NCBI RefSeq assembly: GCF_018977255.1
Contig: NW_024704768.1
Span: forward strand, 4,216,001 to 4,280,000
Origin: Callorhinchus milii
Lineage: Eukaryota
DNA: 64,000 nucleotides
Direction of reading: 5' to 3'
Below, piece after piece: positions 37,668-49,795 of this stretch. The notes beneath the pieces are model-generated. The model did no database searches and was not told the DNA's origin. It saw only the letters and a program-made list of their open reading frames with translations. Position numbers and translations under genes: made by a program. Within the stretch, counting starts at the first letter, position 1. Every line of letters starts with the position of its first letter.

Positions 37668-38005
37668 GTAATAATCCTTGCATTTGATATAGCGCCGTAT
37701 CACGCCGTCGAGACGCCTCAAAGCGCTTCACAGGAATCTACTGTGAAGTGAATCGACGTGTATTTTCAGGCGGAGACGTGCGGCAGCCAATTGCGCACAG
37801 CAGCGTCCCACAAACGGCCATGGATCGAGTGATCGCATTATTATTTTTCTTTAGGGGTGGGGGGGAAAGCCCGGAAAAGCCATCCGCCAATCGACTGACA
37901 ACAGAGGCGTGTGTGTGAGGAGTAAGGAAACTTGCCTAATTAAGGGAGTGGAACCCAGGTCCTCTCGCTTGCGAGCCGAGGGCTCTGACCACTGACCACT
38001 ACAGG
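37668..38005 (-). mobile_element. tRNA-derived SINE in SMAGP 3'UTR
   Basis: Family tail, body and head motifs. Confidence 0.8.
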
Positions 38006-38104
38006 AAACAAATACATCCTTTGCATGTTTGCATCCGAGCTTGTGCCGGGCGCATCTTAATACATTTTAACGCTAAGCCGGGCTGTTGCGGAGAAGGCCT
38101 CGAG

Positions 38105-38277
38105 TCACATGAAATACTCCATCTTCTCTTCCCTCGGGATCTCCTTGATTCTAAGCGAGGTGACGTCCTCCTCTGAAGAGTGCTCGTAGGTGATGTAACT
38201 GCCTTTCTGGTGGTGCATGTATCTGCACACCAGCCCAGCCAAGCACAGGATACTGACTACCAAGATCGTGATCACAG
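38105..38277 (-). CDS. SMAGP: SMAGP last coding exon (TM and cytoplasmic tail)
   Basis: Hydrophobic stretch followed by KGSYITYE and EYFM-TGA. Confidence 0.93.
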
Positions 38278-39046
38278 CTGCAAGAGTTAAGAGCGGTCAA
38301 TACAACATGAGATGACTTTTTGCCCAGCTCCTTCCCCAAGGCGAGATCCGCCAATCCACCAACAAAAGACTATGGCTTTTTGCTGGAAATTTGTCAATGA
38401 GGAGAAGCTGTTTCCTCTGGCGGGCGAGCGGGCGGGCGGGTAACCAGAGGACACAGGTTTAAGATAATTGGCAAAAGAACCAGAGGGGAGACCAGACGAG
38501 GAGACTTTTTTTTGCCCAGAGAGTTGTTACGGTCTGGAACCCACGGCCTGAAAGGCTGGTGGGAGCAGATCCGATGGTAGGTTTCAAAAGGGAATTGGAT
38601 AGGGACTTGGAAAGGAAAGGAGCATTGTGCAGGGCTTTGGGGGTGAGAGCGCGGGAGTGAGTGGGACAAGTTGGTGGCTCTTTCAAAGAGTCGGTCACAG
38701 GCACGATGGGCCGAATGGCCTCCTTCTGTGCTGTAGGATTCTACAGGAAATGGATCCATACTTAAGCAGTTCCTCCGAACACATTCTTACCTCCAATAAT
38801 CACAGTGTTGATGTGCTCAGTGTCAGACCATGGGGTTGTGAGTTGATCCTGTACACCTGGGGGAACAAGCGAGCAGGAAAGTCTTGAAAATACAACAATC
38901 TGTCGTCCCTCGGAGGGCACCATTGAATCCACATGTTCAAATCCCTCCACGGCTTAGTCCCACATTTTGTGGGCGAAATGTTGAGCATCTCGGGCGGGTA
39001 AGTGATGCTTACCTGGTGGGGTGGTTGTGGAAACCGTTGTGTTCAT
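38105..39046 (-). CDS. SMAGP: Small cell adhesion glycoprotein, join(39013-39046, 38791-38856, 38105-38277), 90 aa
   Basis: MNTTVSTTTPPG-VQDQLTTPWSDTEHINTVIIGA-VITILVVSILCLAGLVC-RYMHHQKGSYITYE...KMEYFM-stop: S/T-rich ectodomain, one TM helix, band 4.1-binding motif, EYFx PDZ tail; synteny between DAZAP2 and BIN2. Confidence 0.92.
38398..38745 (+). mobile_element. CR1 LINE 3' end
   Basis: TRGHRFK...QRVVTVWN...FKRELD remnant and ACGATGGGCCGAATGGCCTCCTTCTGTGCTGT tail. Confidence 0.85.
38791..38856 (-). CDS. SMAGP: SMAGP second coding exon
   Basis: 66 nt phase 1-1, canonical sites. Confidence 0.88.
39013..39046 (-). CDS. SMAGP: SMAGP first coding exon (exon starts 39083)
   Basis: ACA-ATG, MNTTVSTTTPP, G|GTAAGC donor. 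Confidence 0.85.
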
Positions 39047-39299
39047 TGTGTTATAATAACCCGGCAATAACACACAATGGGACCTGTGGGAGGGTGTGGG
39101 TCTGTCTCTACACGAGATTGTTTCTGTCTCCTGGGACTGTTGGTCGTTTGACGTTCTGGCTTCTGAAAGAAACGGAAATCAAAATGGTAGAGAGGAAGTG
39201 GAGATATCTTGGAATGCGTCTCTCTCTCTCTCTCCCTGGAGGGACATCCTGCTTTCCTAATTCCGGAGAGTGTTAGGCGCAGGTTGGCGATTCCAGGCC

Positions 39300-40190
39300 A
39301 ACTGATGTCCTGACAGACTGTCTGACTGACATTGTCTTGGATGAGAAGGTAATGTTCTACAACTGAATGTCAGCAAGACTGAGGTCCTCCTGATTGGCTC
39401 GCGCCAGCGCCTCAGCACCTCAGACGCTGGCAGCATCAGCGTCCACGGTTGCACAGTCCACCTCACCAAGTCAGCCAGGAACCCGGACGTCTTGTTCGAC
39501 CCTCAACTGTCCTTTCTCCCCCATATCTGTGCCATGACCCGCTCTGCCTTCCCCCACCTCCGCAACATCGCCCGACTCTGCCACTGCCTCACACTCAAGC
39601 CGCCCAAACCCTCATACGCTCCTTTGTCACCTCAAGGCTCGATTACGCCAACTCCCTCCTGCTCGGCCTCCCCGACTCTTTCCTCCACAAACTGCAGATC
39701 AACCATAACTCTGCAGCTGGTGTCCTCTCCCGCACCAGGCTCCGTGACCCCATCGCCTCCACCCTCTCCCGACTCCACTGGCTCCCCATCCCCCAGAGAA
39801 TAGAATTTCAAATCCTCGTTGTTACCTTCAAGGCCCTCCACGGCTTTGCCCCCTCCTACATCTCTGACCCACTCCCTCTGCTCGGCAGGTCTCCTGCCCG
39901 AACCCACCCTGCCATCAGTCTCGCTGCCTCCACCCTTTGGAACTCCATCCTGCAATCCCTTCGCCTCGCTCCCTCTCTTGCCTCCTTCAAGGCACGACTC
40001 AAGACCCTCCTTTTCGACCGTGCCTTCAGCCGCCCTTCTACCCCCTGTGTCCTCCCTCATTCCAACCCTGCCCACCCCCCCATCCCCTCCTCCCCACCAC
40101 CCATGCTCAGGTCCTGATCCCTGACTGTTCAGCACTTTGGGACGTCCTCCCCACGTGAAAGGCGCTGGTAAATGTTAGTTGTTATTGCCT
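39300..40190 (+). mobile_element. 5'-truncated LINE L2 (ORF2 C-terminus and 3' tail), frameshifted
   Basis: FVTSRLDYANSLLLGLP...LHWLPIPQRIEFQILVVTFKALHG..PSYI, typical L2 ORF2 C-terminus; ends GGCGCT...GTTGTT. Confidence 0.88.
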
Positions 40191-40675
40191 CGTTTCACTC
40201 ACTCACAGTCACTACGCTTTACAGTACAGTACAGTACAGTCCTGCGGAGAATCACCTTGAGTCATGAAAGGACTTGAAAGCCACTCCTTAAAAGAAACAC
40301 ACCCAACTGTGTTTGCTTACTGCACACACACAGCCTCCGTGAACCCGGCAATGAGTAGGAACCCGGTTGTTAGTCGAGTGGCGGATGGCTTTTCCGAGGG
40401 GTAATAATCCCTTCCAAAAAAACAATCGTATATGAAAAAAAAGCACATTTGGTCACTCAATCCACGACTGTCTGTGGGGGCTCTGCTGTGCGCGATCGGC
40501 TGCCGGGTTTCACCCGCGAAACGCACAATCAATTCACTTTACAGTACATTCTGTGAAGCACTTTGAGACGTCTCGGAGACGCGATTAGGGGCTGTCTCGA
40601 AGGAGAGGACTATTATATTACATTGTTATGTTGTCGGACCGTGACGACAAGTTCAAACAAAGCAGAGAAACTTAC

Positions 40676-41050
40676 CGGGTTTCCCACCGCCAGCCTCCAA
40701 ACTTTAAACGGCAAATCAAACACTCCTCCCTCTCCTCAAAGAGAAAAGACTGAGCGAGCGAGTGAGAGCGAGAGCGAGAGAGAGTCACTGTGCGTGTGTG
40801 TGTGTGTGTGGCTGTGTGACTGACCGGGTAAAGTCACCCCCGGCCACAACAGGGTCCATATAAATGCTTTCAAAGTAACTCTTCTCCTGTCGTGTTCTGC
40901 TCTGTTCCTTCCACGTTGATCTCTCGTACACAACCACCGGGAAGTTCCTCGGTCTGTGTGCGTGTGAGCGCGTGGGCTTGCGTGTGAGTGCGTGTTTGTA
41001 TGTCCCCAGATCGCTGTTGCTGGGCTGATCTTGACGTGACTTGACGGCAA
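40676..41050 (-). promoter_or_regulatory. Probable SMAGP non-coding first exon and promoter
   Basis: Consensus donor CCG|GTAAGT at 40674-40675, non-repeat CpG-containing upstream sequence with ETS-like CCGGGAAGT (~40937) and TGACGTGA (~41032). Confidence 0.5.
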
Positions 41051-41724
41051 TTAATGATGTAACTAGAATTGGGATCGGCTTAACCCTTTAACTGCTACGG
41101 CCTGATTCCTTGCTCAGTAATAAAAATAGCACAACCGCAAATAATAATCCTTGCCTTTGATACGCTGCTGCGCGCAATTGGCTGCCACGTTTCGCCCACC
41201 AAATACACAGTCACTGCACCTTGCCTTATCCCCTGTGAAGCACTTTGAGACGTCTCAACGACGAGATAAGACGCTATATCAAACGCAAGGATTATTGTTA
41301 TCCCTGAGCTCTGAGAGGCATCGAAGGGCCTGACCTTAATTTGGCAGCTTTAAGGTTAATAGTTCTGACGAGGACAATTTGGGTGTGAAACATTGACTTA
41401 GGGTTTCTTTGGAAACCGCTTGTAACTTTGGTATGTGGTGCCTCAGGTTCTCTACCGATGTTTGTGTTAACTCTTACACACAAACACTGTTCCGGGTCAT
41501 TCGGTCACTCAATCCACGGCTGTTTGTGTGGGGGACGCTGCTGTGCGCAATTGGCTGCCGCGTTTCGCCCAGAAAATAGGCCATCCATTCACTTGACAGC
41601 GTATCCCGTGAGGCGCTTTGAGACTTCCCGACGCCAAGGATAAGGTCCCGGGTCAAACGCACGGATTATTATTATTATTATCGCTGTACGTTCGATGGTT
41701 GGCGCGCACCGCGAATGGGAAACA

Positions 41725-41837
41725 CCGTCCTTCGGATGAGATGATAAACCTCACTCACTCCCCCCCCCACCCCGTCTGTGCCCCGTTCAGACGGACGTTA
41801 AAGATCTCTCCCGCGACACTGTTCGGAAAGGAAGGGA

Positions 41838-41868
<31 letters not shown>

Positions 41869-41900
41869 GGTGTCCTGGCCGACAATTCCCCTCGGATAAA
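41725..41900 (+). mobile_element. DeuSINE-like core fragment
   Basis: CGGATGAGATGATAAACC...GGACGTTAAAGATC...CGGTGTCCTGGCC. Confidence 0.6.
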
Positions 41901-42164
41901 ACTGGCTGTGTGTGGACGTCACTGAAGGCAAATTGGCTGATGATATGATACTCAGACTCCCAGTGGTTGGAATGTGTGATTTACACCGCGTGTGCGTGTG
42001 TGTGTGCGTGTGTGAGAGCCTCCGAATGTGACCAATGATATGACAGTTGACTCGCCGTATCAAAACCGCGTGAGGCAAGTGTAAACGGGACAAACGGGGT
42101 GGGTTATTATTGCTAAAATCAGTTGAGTTCAGATGCCCAGACATTGTACTCAGAATGTATAGGG

Positions 42165-42600
42165 TGGAACCCCTGTAGCTCAGGGGTTAGAGCCCTCGCC
42201 TCAAGCGAGAGGACCCGGGTTCGATTCCCAGGCAGGTCAGGTCAGGGCGAAACCTTAGGCAAATTTCCTTACTACACGCACACACGCACACACACGCACA
42301 CACGCCACACACACGCGCCACACGTGCCACCACGCATGCGCCTCTGTTTACCCGGCAGTAAGTAGGAACCCAGTTGTTAGTCGATTGGCGAATTGCTTTC
42401 CAGGGGTAATAATCCCTTAACGAATATACATTTTGTCACCCAATCCACGGCTGTTTGTGGGGACGTCGCTGGTGGCGCAATTGGCTGCCGTGTTTCACCC
42501 GCAAAACGGACAGTCACTCCAGTTGACAGCGTATTCCCGTGAAGCGCTTTGAGACGTCTCGAGGACGCGGTGAGGCGCTGGATCGAATGCGAGGACTATT
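42165..42600 (+). mobile_element. tRNA-derived SINE, full length
   Basis: A box GTAGCTCAGGGG, B box GGTTCGATTCC, internal (CA)n, family tail. Confidence 0.88.
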
Positions 42601-44127
42601 GTGATCGTGATCACCATTGCCCAAACCTGGCCACTGGAAATCGGAATGAAAGGAAAGAGTTAACTGCACTGGAAATGTACCTCTCTTTACGTGTGGTGCT
42701 GAAGGTCCGCTCACCTGTGGCCAATTACCTTCAACAGAAAGGCCACATTCTTTAGTCTGCCAGGAGCTGAGCTGCCAGGAGCTCAGGGAAGGCGGGCGCA
42801 AGACACGTGTGAACCCCAAAACACAAGGACATCAAGAGTCATGTTTTGCCTCTGCTTAGACCACCCCCCCCCACAACCAGACCACCCAAACTGCCTCGGA
42901 TTTCATCCCCGCGGTATAGTGCCCCACAAACAGTCGTGGATTGAGTGACCACATTTTTTTTTCTCTGGAGGGATTGTTACCCCCGGAAAATCGATCCGTC
43001 AATCAACTAGCAATCAGGTTCCTACTTACTGCCGGGTAAATAGAGGCCCCCGCGCACGCGCGCGTGTGTGGAGTAAGGACATTTGCCCTGACCCACCCGG
43101 CAATCGAACCTGAGTCCCCTCAGTCTAACTGATACGCTAGAGGACTTGGTTGTGTATAACCAAATGCGGAGGTGACGTGACACAGAGATGAATGACCGAT
43201 TAATCTGTTACTTTGGTGAATTTGGACGAGAGGAATCTTGAGCGGAAGACCAACCAGCGAGCCAGCGAGCAATCTCCTCACCCTTCAAAAGAGCATCAAA
43301 GAGATCCTTAACAGTGACCTGGCCGGTAAGAGTACATCTTATCTGACCTCTTTCCTCTCCAATCTGTCATTTGGCTAAATCAAGACCTTAAACAGGAACC
43401 CACAGTGCTAAGCCTGAGGCAAGTTTCCTTGCCTAAGGCTTGGCACACACACACACACACACACACACACCTCCGTTTACCTACAAGTTGTTAGTCGATT
43501 GGCGGTCACTTTCCGGGAGGCAATAATCCTCAAAACACACAGTCGCTCCACTTTACGCTATATCCCGCGAAGCGCTTTGAAACGTCTCGACGACGTGATA
43601 AGGCGCTGTATCGAAACGGCAGGATTATTATTATTATTATTATTATTATTATTGTCGTTAAATGCACAGGAACAAACTGGAAAAGGCAACGCAGGGGGAG
43701 ATTTTATTTCTGTACAAAAAAAAAACAGTCTTGAGCAGAAAGGTTTTCCGCGCGTTAATGGTTATCCCAGAGGTGAGAGAAAGAGAAAAATTAACTTCAA
43801 AGCCCTCAGCTGGCAATCTGACACTCGGCGACTGACAGCAGGTTGCTGGTGGCAAGCTAAACGGGGGTTTATAGCCGGTTAGACTCCAGCAGTTACCCCC
43901 CCAACGCATACTCTGGACTCCCCTCAAACCTTGGCTCTTGGCTCTACTACGCCTAACACTCTCCGGAATTAGGTAAGCGGGAGACTTCCCTCCAGGGGGA
44001 GGGAGACAGACAGACAGAGAGAGCGAGAGAGAGAGAGAGAGCGTATTCCATCCCAACGATGTCTCTCTGGGGTCTCCAGGTGTAGACGGGAGGCCCGGAA
44101 TTCTCAGTTGGGTTTGGAGACTCTTAA

Positions 44128-44517
44128 CAACAACAACAACAAGATTCCATTTATAGAGCGCCTTTCACGTCAGGAGGACGTCCCAAGGCGCTGCACAGTT
44201 GGGTCATGACCCGAGCAGGGGGGAAATGGTCAGGGTGAGGGGAGGGAAGGGAGGGAGAGAGGAGGGGGAAATGGTCAGGGTGAGGGGAGGGAAGGGAGGG
44301 AGCGAGGAGGAGGAAGAGAGTCGAGAGGGGAGCTGAAGGCACGGTCAAAGAGAAAGGTTTTGAGACCGGCCTTGAAGGAGGAAAGGGAGGAAGCAAGGCG
44401 AAGGCACTGGGGGATGGAGTTCCAGAGCCTCGGGCTGAGAGGCTGAAGGCCCGACCACCGATAGTAGGGCGGTTGGGGCGGGGGACGTGGAGCAGACCGG
44501 AGCCAGAGGAACGGAGG
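44128..44517 (-). mobile_element. LINE L2 3' fragment nested in an unclassified repeat
   Basis: L2 3' ORF remnant plus (GTT)n tail, flanked by TTAA. Confidence 0.75.
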
Positions 44518-44732
44518 TTAAGCGACGGTGATGGGTTTCCGCGTGTGTCAGACACCCACCCACCCACCCCCCACCCACCCGGCCGACTAGCTGAGCCCCC
44601 CCCCCAACCCCCAAAAAAAAATCGCTAGTGATTTCAACAAGTCAGTTAATGGCAGAAAGACTGGACAGTGGTTTAAAACTAATTGAGTGAATGAGTGAGT
44701 GAGTGAGTGAGGATACGTCCTGTTAGCTGCTG

Positions 44733-44738
44733 TTTATT
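44733..44738 (-). terminator. Probable BIN2 polyA signal
   Basis: AATAAA on - strand ~800 bp past the predicted stop. Confidence 0.5.
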
Positions 44739-45556
44739 ACTCTATCTGTCACAAAATATTTCCTGTTACCCAACGTAGCTTTGCCCTTCACACTCTGCAG
44801 CTTTTAACTCTCTCGCCCTCCCTCACGCCTTTAGCATATCTGAAAGTTATCCTGTTCTCTGGAATATTTCCGGGTGAGATTTCCGACCTCTGGGGGTGGG
44901 GTGGGTGGGGGGGGGGGGGAGAAATAGGGGTAAAAGAGCAGGTAAGCGGAACTGAAAGCTCTCTTGCTTCCGAAGAAGAACCGGCACAGGCACGATGGGC
45001 CGAATGGCCTCATTCCGCGCAGTAAATTGCGGTGGTTCCAACGCAGAACCCAGACGAGAGTGGGACACGGCTGGTCGGTTGCACTCCGGGATGCCACTCT
45101 GCGTGAGTTGTTGTTTGTGGCTGTGGATTGTCCGTAGAAAGACGGCGTCCGGATCATTTTTTCGTTTCGGGAACGAGTTTCGGGTTGTTTTGAACAGTTG
45201 GAGCGCTCTCTGGGTCAGGGTGCGGGCTTCTGTGCGGGTCGGCGAGCCGGGCTCCGAAACACTGCCTTGAGATGAGCAACGAAGCTTCCGGGCGTTAATT
45301 GCGATCGATCAGCCTCTCTCCGCAGTCACCCTGGGAAGAAAAAAATAGAGTAACAATAATAATAATGATAATCCTGGTATTTGACGCAGCGACTTGTCGC
45401 GTCTTCGAGACGTCTCAAAGCGCTTCACAGGATACGCTGTAAAGTGAATCGACTGTATGTTTTGTGGGCGAAACTCGGCAGTCCTCTCGCTTGCGAGGCG
45501 AGGGCTCTACGGGCCACCACTTTTGGTACCTCGTGTGTGGATCCTGCGGTGTCTTG

Positions 45557-45706
45557 TTACACGTTATAGATGACTCTGTTGCCTTCGTCCTCCACCGAAG
45601 GCGGCTCCTGAGTAGAAGACCTGTCGAAGTCTGTTCTTTCGTCATCTTCACCATCGCTGGCTTCGCGTCCGCACTCCTCACCCGCACGCAATGTCGTGAC
45701 AAGCTC
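45557..45706 (-). CDS. BIN2: Probable BIN2 exon 11 with stop
   Basis: CAG| acceptor, acidic [27 protein letters not shown]...VIYNV-TAA. Confidence 0.6.
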   Translation of the reverse strand, partial: ELVTTLRAGEECGREASDGEDDERTDFDRSSTQEPPSVEDEGNRVIYNV

Positions 45707-45927
45707 CTGCGAGGAGAACAACGCAACGTCAGTCCAATTCAGGTCAGTGCCATTGTCCTGACCACTGACTGTCCTCTTCATTGGATAATCCCTTTGAATC
45801 TGAGGAGGTGTCTTTCACGTCGGGAGCAAAGTCTCAAAGCGTTTCACGGGATGTATCGTAAAGTGTAGTGACTGTGTGTTTTGTAAGCAGTTTTATCTGG
45901 AGAGGGATTTTTAGTCGGGACATTGGG

Positions 45928-45959
<32 letters not shown>

Positions 45960-48376
45960 GGACGGAGACAGAGAGAGAGACAGAGAGAGGCGAACGCCAC
46001 CGACTGAGTCAGCCGGAGAGCTACGTGGCTTTGTGAACAGCCCTTGAGATTAGTTTGTGCCCAACAACAATATTAATAATAATCCTTGCAATCGTCGTAG
46101 CGCCTTATCATCACGTCTTCGAGACGTCTCAATGCGCTTCCAGGTGCACAGCGTAAAGTGTAGTGACTGCGTGTTTTTTTTTGTGAGCGAAACCGCGGGA
46201 AGCCAATTTGCGCACAGCAGTGTCCCGCAAAGAGTCGCAGAGGATTGATTCGAGTTCCCCACTCCCCACCTCACCTCGGTGGGTTGCTGTGGTGAGATGT
46301 TGGTTGGGGCTGGTTCGGAGCGAGGCTGTGGGTCACTGGAACAGTCATTGACTTTGGCTGCAGGAGCCTCGCTGGACACCATGAGGTTTTCAGAGGAAAG
46401 CACGGCATCAGAGAGAAGATTGGAAGAGGCTAAATTATCAGCAGAAACTTGCGTGTCGGAGTCTGGAAATGAAACATTGGGAGTTGGGGAGCTGATTGGC
46501 ACAGTGACCACTCTAGATGATGGTGGTTCGTCTGACGAAGCTTTAGAGGTAGCTAGGACTTCAGGAGTCGCGGAGGTTAATTGCAAGCATTCCTCGTTAG
46601 AGGGTTGACCATTGGAAACGAGCACATCAGCGGAAACCTGGAACGGGGACTCGAGCTGTGAGATTTCAACGGACGCACAGCTGACTGGCACAGCCAACTG
46701 GTTGGATGGATGTTCCTTGGAAGAATCTGAGTCTGCAGACACCTCACCCACAGGCTGACTGCAGGTAACAGGCAGAGACAAACCCCCGGGAGACAATCCT
46801 GGAGGAGAATCGAGTGGAGAATCGGCAGAAGATTCTTCACTTGACGACAGAGATGAAAGGGTTTGAAGGTCCTCAATGGCTGTGTTGGCTGGTATGGTGT
46901 TGGAGACACTGAGCGTCGCTGGTGTTAGCGAAGAGACCGAGGCACAGTCGGGCAGGTCAACCAACGTTTGCTCTGAAGGAGATGGGTGGCTTCTGGGTTC
47001 CTTGGCTGGACGATCCCTGCCAAGGTCAGAAGGTGTCGGAGTTTCCGAGGAGACTGCATCTCCGCCGCTCGCTGACGAGGACGATGACATAGCAGAGGAC
47101 ATTGGGTCTGGCGATGAGGGAGGGGACTGAGAACACGGAGCCTGGTCTGAGGGAAAGTGAGAGGGCGATAGGGCATGGCTAGACAATGGGAGGTCACTAG
47201 ACAATGGGAGGTCACCAGACATTGGGAAGTCACCAGACAATGGGAGGTCACCAGACATTGGGAGGTCACCAGACAATGGAAGGTCACCAGACATTGGGAA
47301 GTCACCAGACAATGGGAGGTCACCAGACAATGGGACATTGGTAGACAATGGGTCATCGCTAGATAATGGGAGGTCAGAAGACGATGGAGCCACCACACTA
47401 GATGGAGCCTCGTTGCTCGATTCGATCAGCTCGGGCATGGCCTCCCAAGCTGGCGTAGCTGGAACGTCGCCGGGCTTCGAAGGGGATAAGACCTCGTTCT
47501 TCGCTGACGGGTTGGTGCTCGCACTCGGCGGCTGGTCTGTGCTGCCTTCGGACGAGCTGGAGTGCCTGTGCATGGTTTTCACCGGAGATGAGATGATCAG
47601 TGAACGCCTTTTGCTGCAAAACAACGAGAACTTGGATTTATACAAAACCCATCACCCAGGACAGCATCTGGGAGCGCAATAGACACAATACACGGCAGCC
47701 TCAAATATTTATTTCCTGTCAATCTCCCGGTTGCCTTATAATAATAATAATATTAATAATAATAAGCCTTGCATTTGATACGGAGCCTTAATAATAACAA
47801 TGATAATAATTTAATAATAATTATTTGGGGAGGACAAGTTGACAGGGCTACGGGGAGAGCGCGGGGGAAGTTGGGTTAATTTGGACAACTCTTTCGAAGT
47901 GCCGGCACGGACACGATGGGCCGAACGGCCTCCCTTCTGTGCTGTATAACTCCGGGATTCTATAACTCTAACCCTCGCATTCGATTCAGCGCCTCATCGC
48001 GTCGATGAGACGTCTCAAAGTGCTTCACAGGATATACTCTCCAGTGTAGTGACTGTGTATCCCCTCTCCCCCCCCTTATGCGAAGGTTACCCTTTAAACG
48101 ATCTGCTATCACAACCCTCAGCGTAAAGTAATGACCGAATGAAAGCCGTTACCTTGAAACTCCCTTCACAATGAAGATTTTGTTGCTGTGCTCTTTCTCC
48201 TGTTTGGTCATCAGGACGTACATGTCCTGGTTCAGCTGCAAAAAGGCAAGATGATATAATAACAATAATAATACTAATAATAATTAATAATAATGATCCT
48301 TGCGCTTGGGATTATTACTCCTGGAAAGTGATCCGCCAATCGATTAGGAACCAGGTTCCTACTCACTGGTAAACAG

Positions 48377-48413
<37 letters not shown>

Positions 48414-49760
48414 GAGTGAGGAAACTTGCTTAAGGTGTCACCCTGACCTGAGCCGCCCGGGCATCGAAGGCGGTTAATCCTACCTTGCTCATCTCTTTGT
48501 AGAAAATATCCCGCAAGTTTGATATGTTCTGAAAGATGGTCACATAACACCCGATACGACTGTGGGGAGAACGTAAGAAGATGAGAAATGCTGGACGCAA
48601 AAAAATACCCGAGACCCATCCGGTTCACCTTCCACCTTCCTGGCGGCCGTTTGCCCACACGTCCCCAACTCCCTCTTGTCCATCCTACAACCCCATCATG
48701 TTATTTCCTGAAAGAAAACTATCTAATCTGTGTTTGAAGGGAATCAACATGTTTTCTGTTCAACCGTCTCCCTCCCCGGGTTCTCTACTCGCTCACTGAA
48801 ATAGTGCGTCCTAGATTTGTTCTGCGTTTCAAACCCCCCCCCTCCTCCCCCTCCCCACCCCCTTTCAATCACAGGCCATGTGTCCTCTGGTTTGATTGTT
48901 CTGTATCTCTGTCCCAGACCAATTCGGACCTGAGCGTGAGGAAGCTCCTCTGAGGTGGGACCAATCTTTGAGCAGATCTTTGAGGCTATTTCTAACTATC
49001 AGTAAGAACCTGTTCCACAGCACAGGAAGTTCTTCCCGAAGTTGAGTGTTCAGTTCTTCAAACCCGTTCTGTGCGTTGATAAACTCTTCCTCCGCCTAAA
49101 CAACATCAACGACAACAAGTGACATTTAGGCGCTGGACAGTCAGGGATTTGGACCCGAGCTGGAGGGTGGGGGGCGGTCGGGGGGGGGGGGGGGTGTGGG
49201 TGTTGGGATAAGGCGAGGGCGGAGGGCAGGGAGGGTGGGGGAGTAAGAAGGTGACCGAAGGCGCGGTCAAAGAGGAGGGTCAACAATAACAATAGTGTCC
49301 CGGAGCGCTTGACAGAGATGGAGACGACACTGAGCCGGGTGGCGGGTCGGGGAGGGAGGGAGAGATAGAAGGACCGTAGACATGGTCGAAGAGGAAGGAA
49401 GTCAGGAGCGACCTGAAGATGGTGAAGGAAGGGGGCGGGATGGAGGGATCGAGGGAGAGTGTTTCAGAGGCTCGGGGCGTAGCGGCTGAAACCGATGGCA
49501 GAGAGAGAGAGAAAGAGAGAGAGAGTTTGTGGGTGGGGTGTTAGGTGAGGAGGGGTTGGGGGGGGGTGTGGGGGGGGTATCACCTTTGTGATTTTGGTTT
49601 CGTCCTTCTTCTTCGCGTTCTGCAGAGCCTCCAGATGGTGTCGGCTGCTGTCATAATCCACCAGTTTCCTTCCCCGCTTTGCGATGCGCTTCTAAAGGAC
49701 AAGCGATGGAAACCGGTCACTGAGATTCCCTGAGTCTGACACTACTGCCCCCGGCTTCAC

Positions 49761-49795
<35 letters not shown>

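Noticed and set aside
39449-40117. 222-aa ORF as a host gene
   Set aside because: Truncated, frameshifted L2 ORF2 remnant
41365-41392. Hammerhead-like CTGACGA...GAAAC
   Set aside because: Stem II does not pair properly and I found no stem I/III complement
42165-42245. tRNA-Ala-like sequences (also ~8733, 18332, 60395, 60820)
   Set aside because: Each is the head of the SINE, followed by family body and lacking a proper acceptor stem; not tRNA genes
49002-49009. BIN2 intron 7 donor GTTCTTAC as a U12 intron
   Set aside because: Does not match GTATCCTT and no U12 branch point seen; treated as a weak U2 donor
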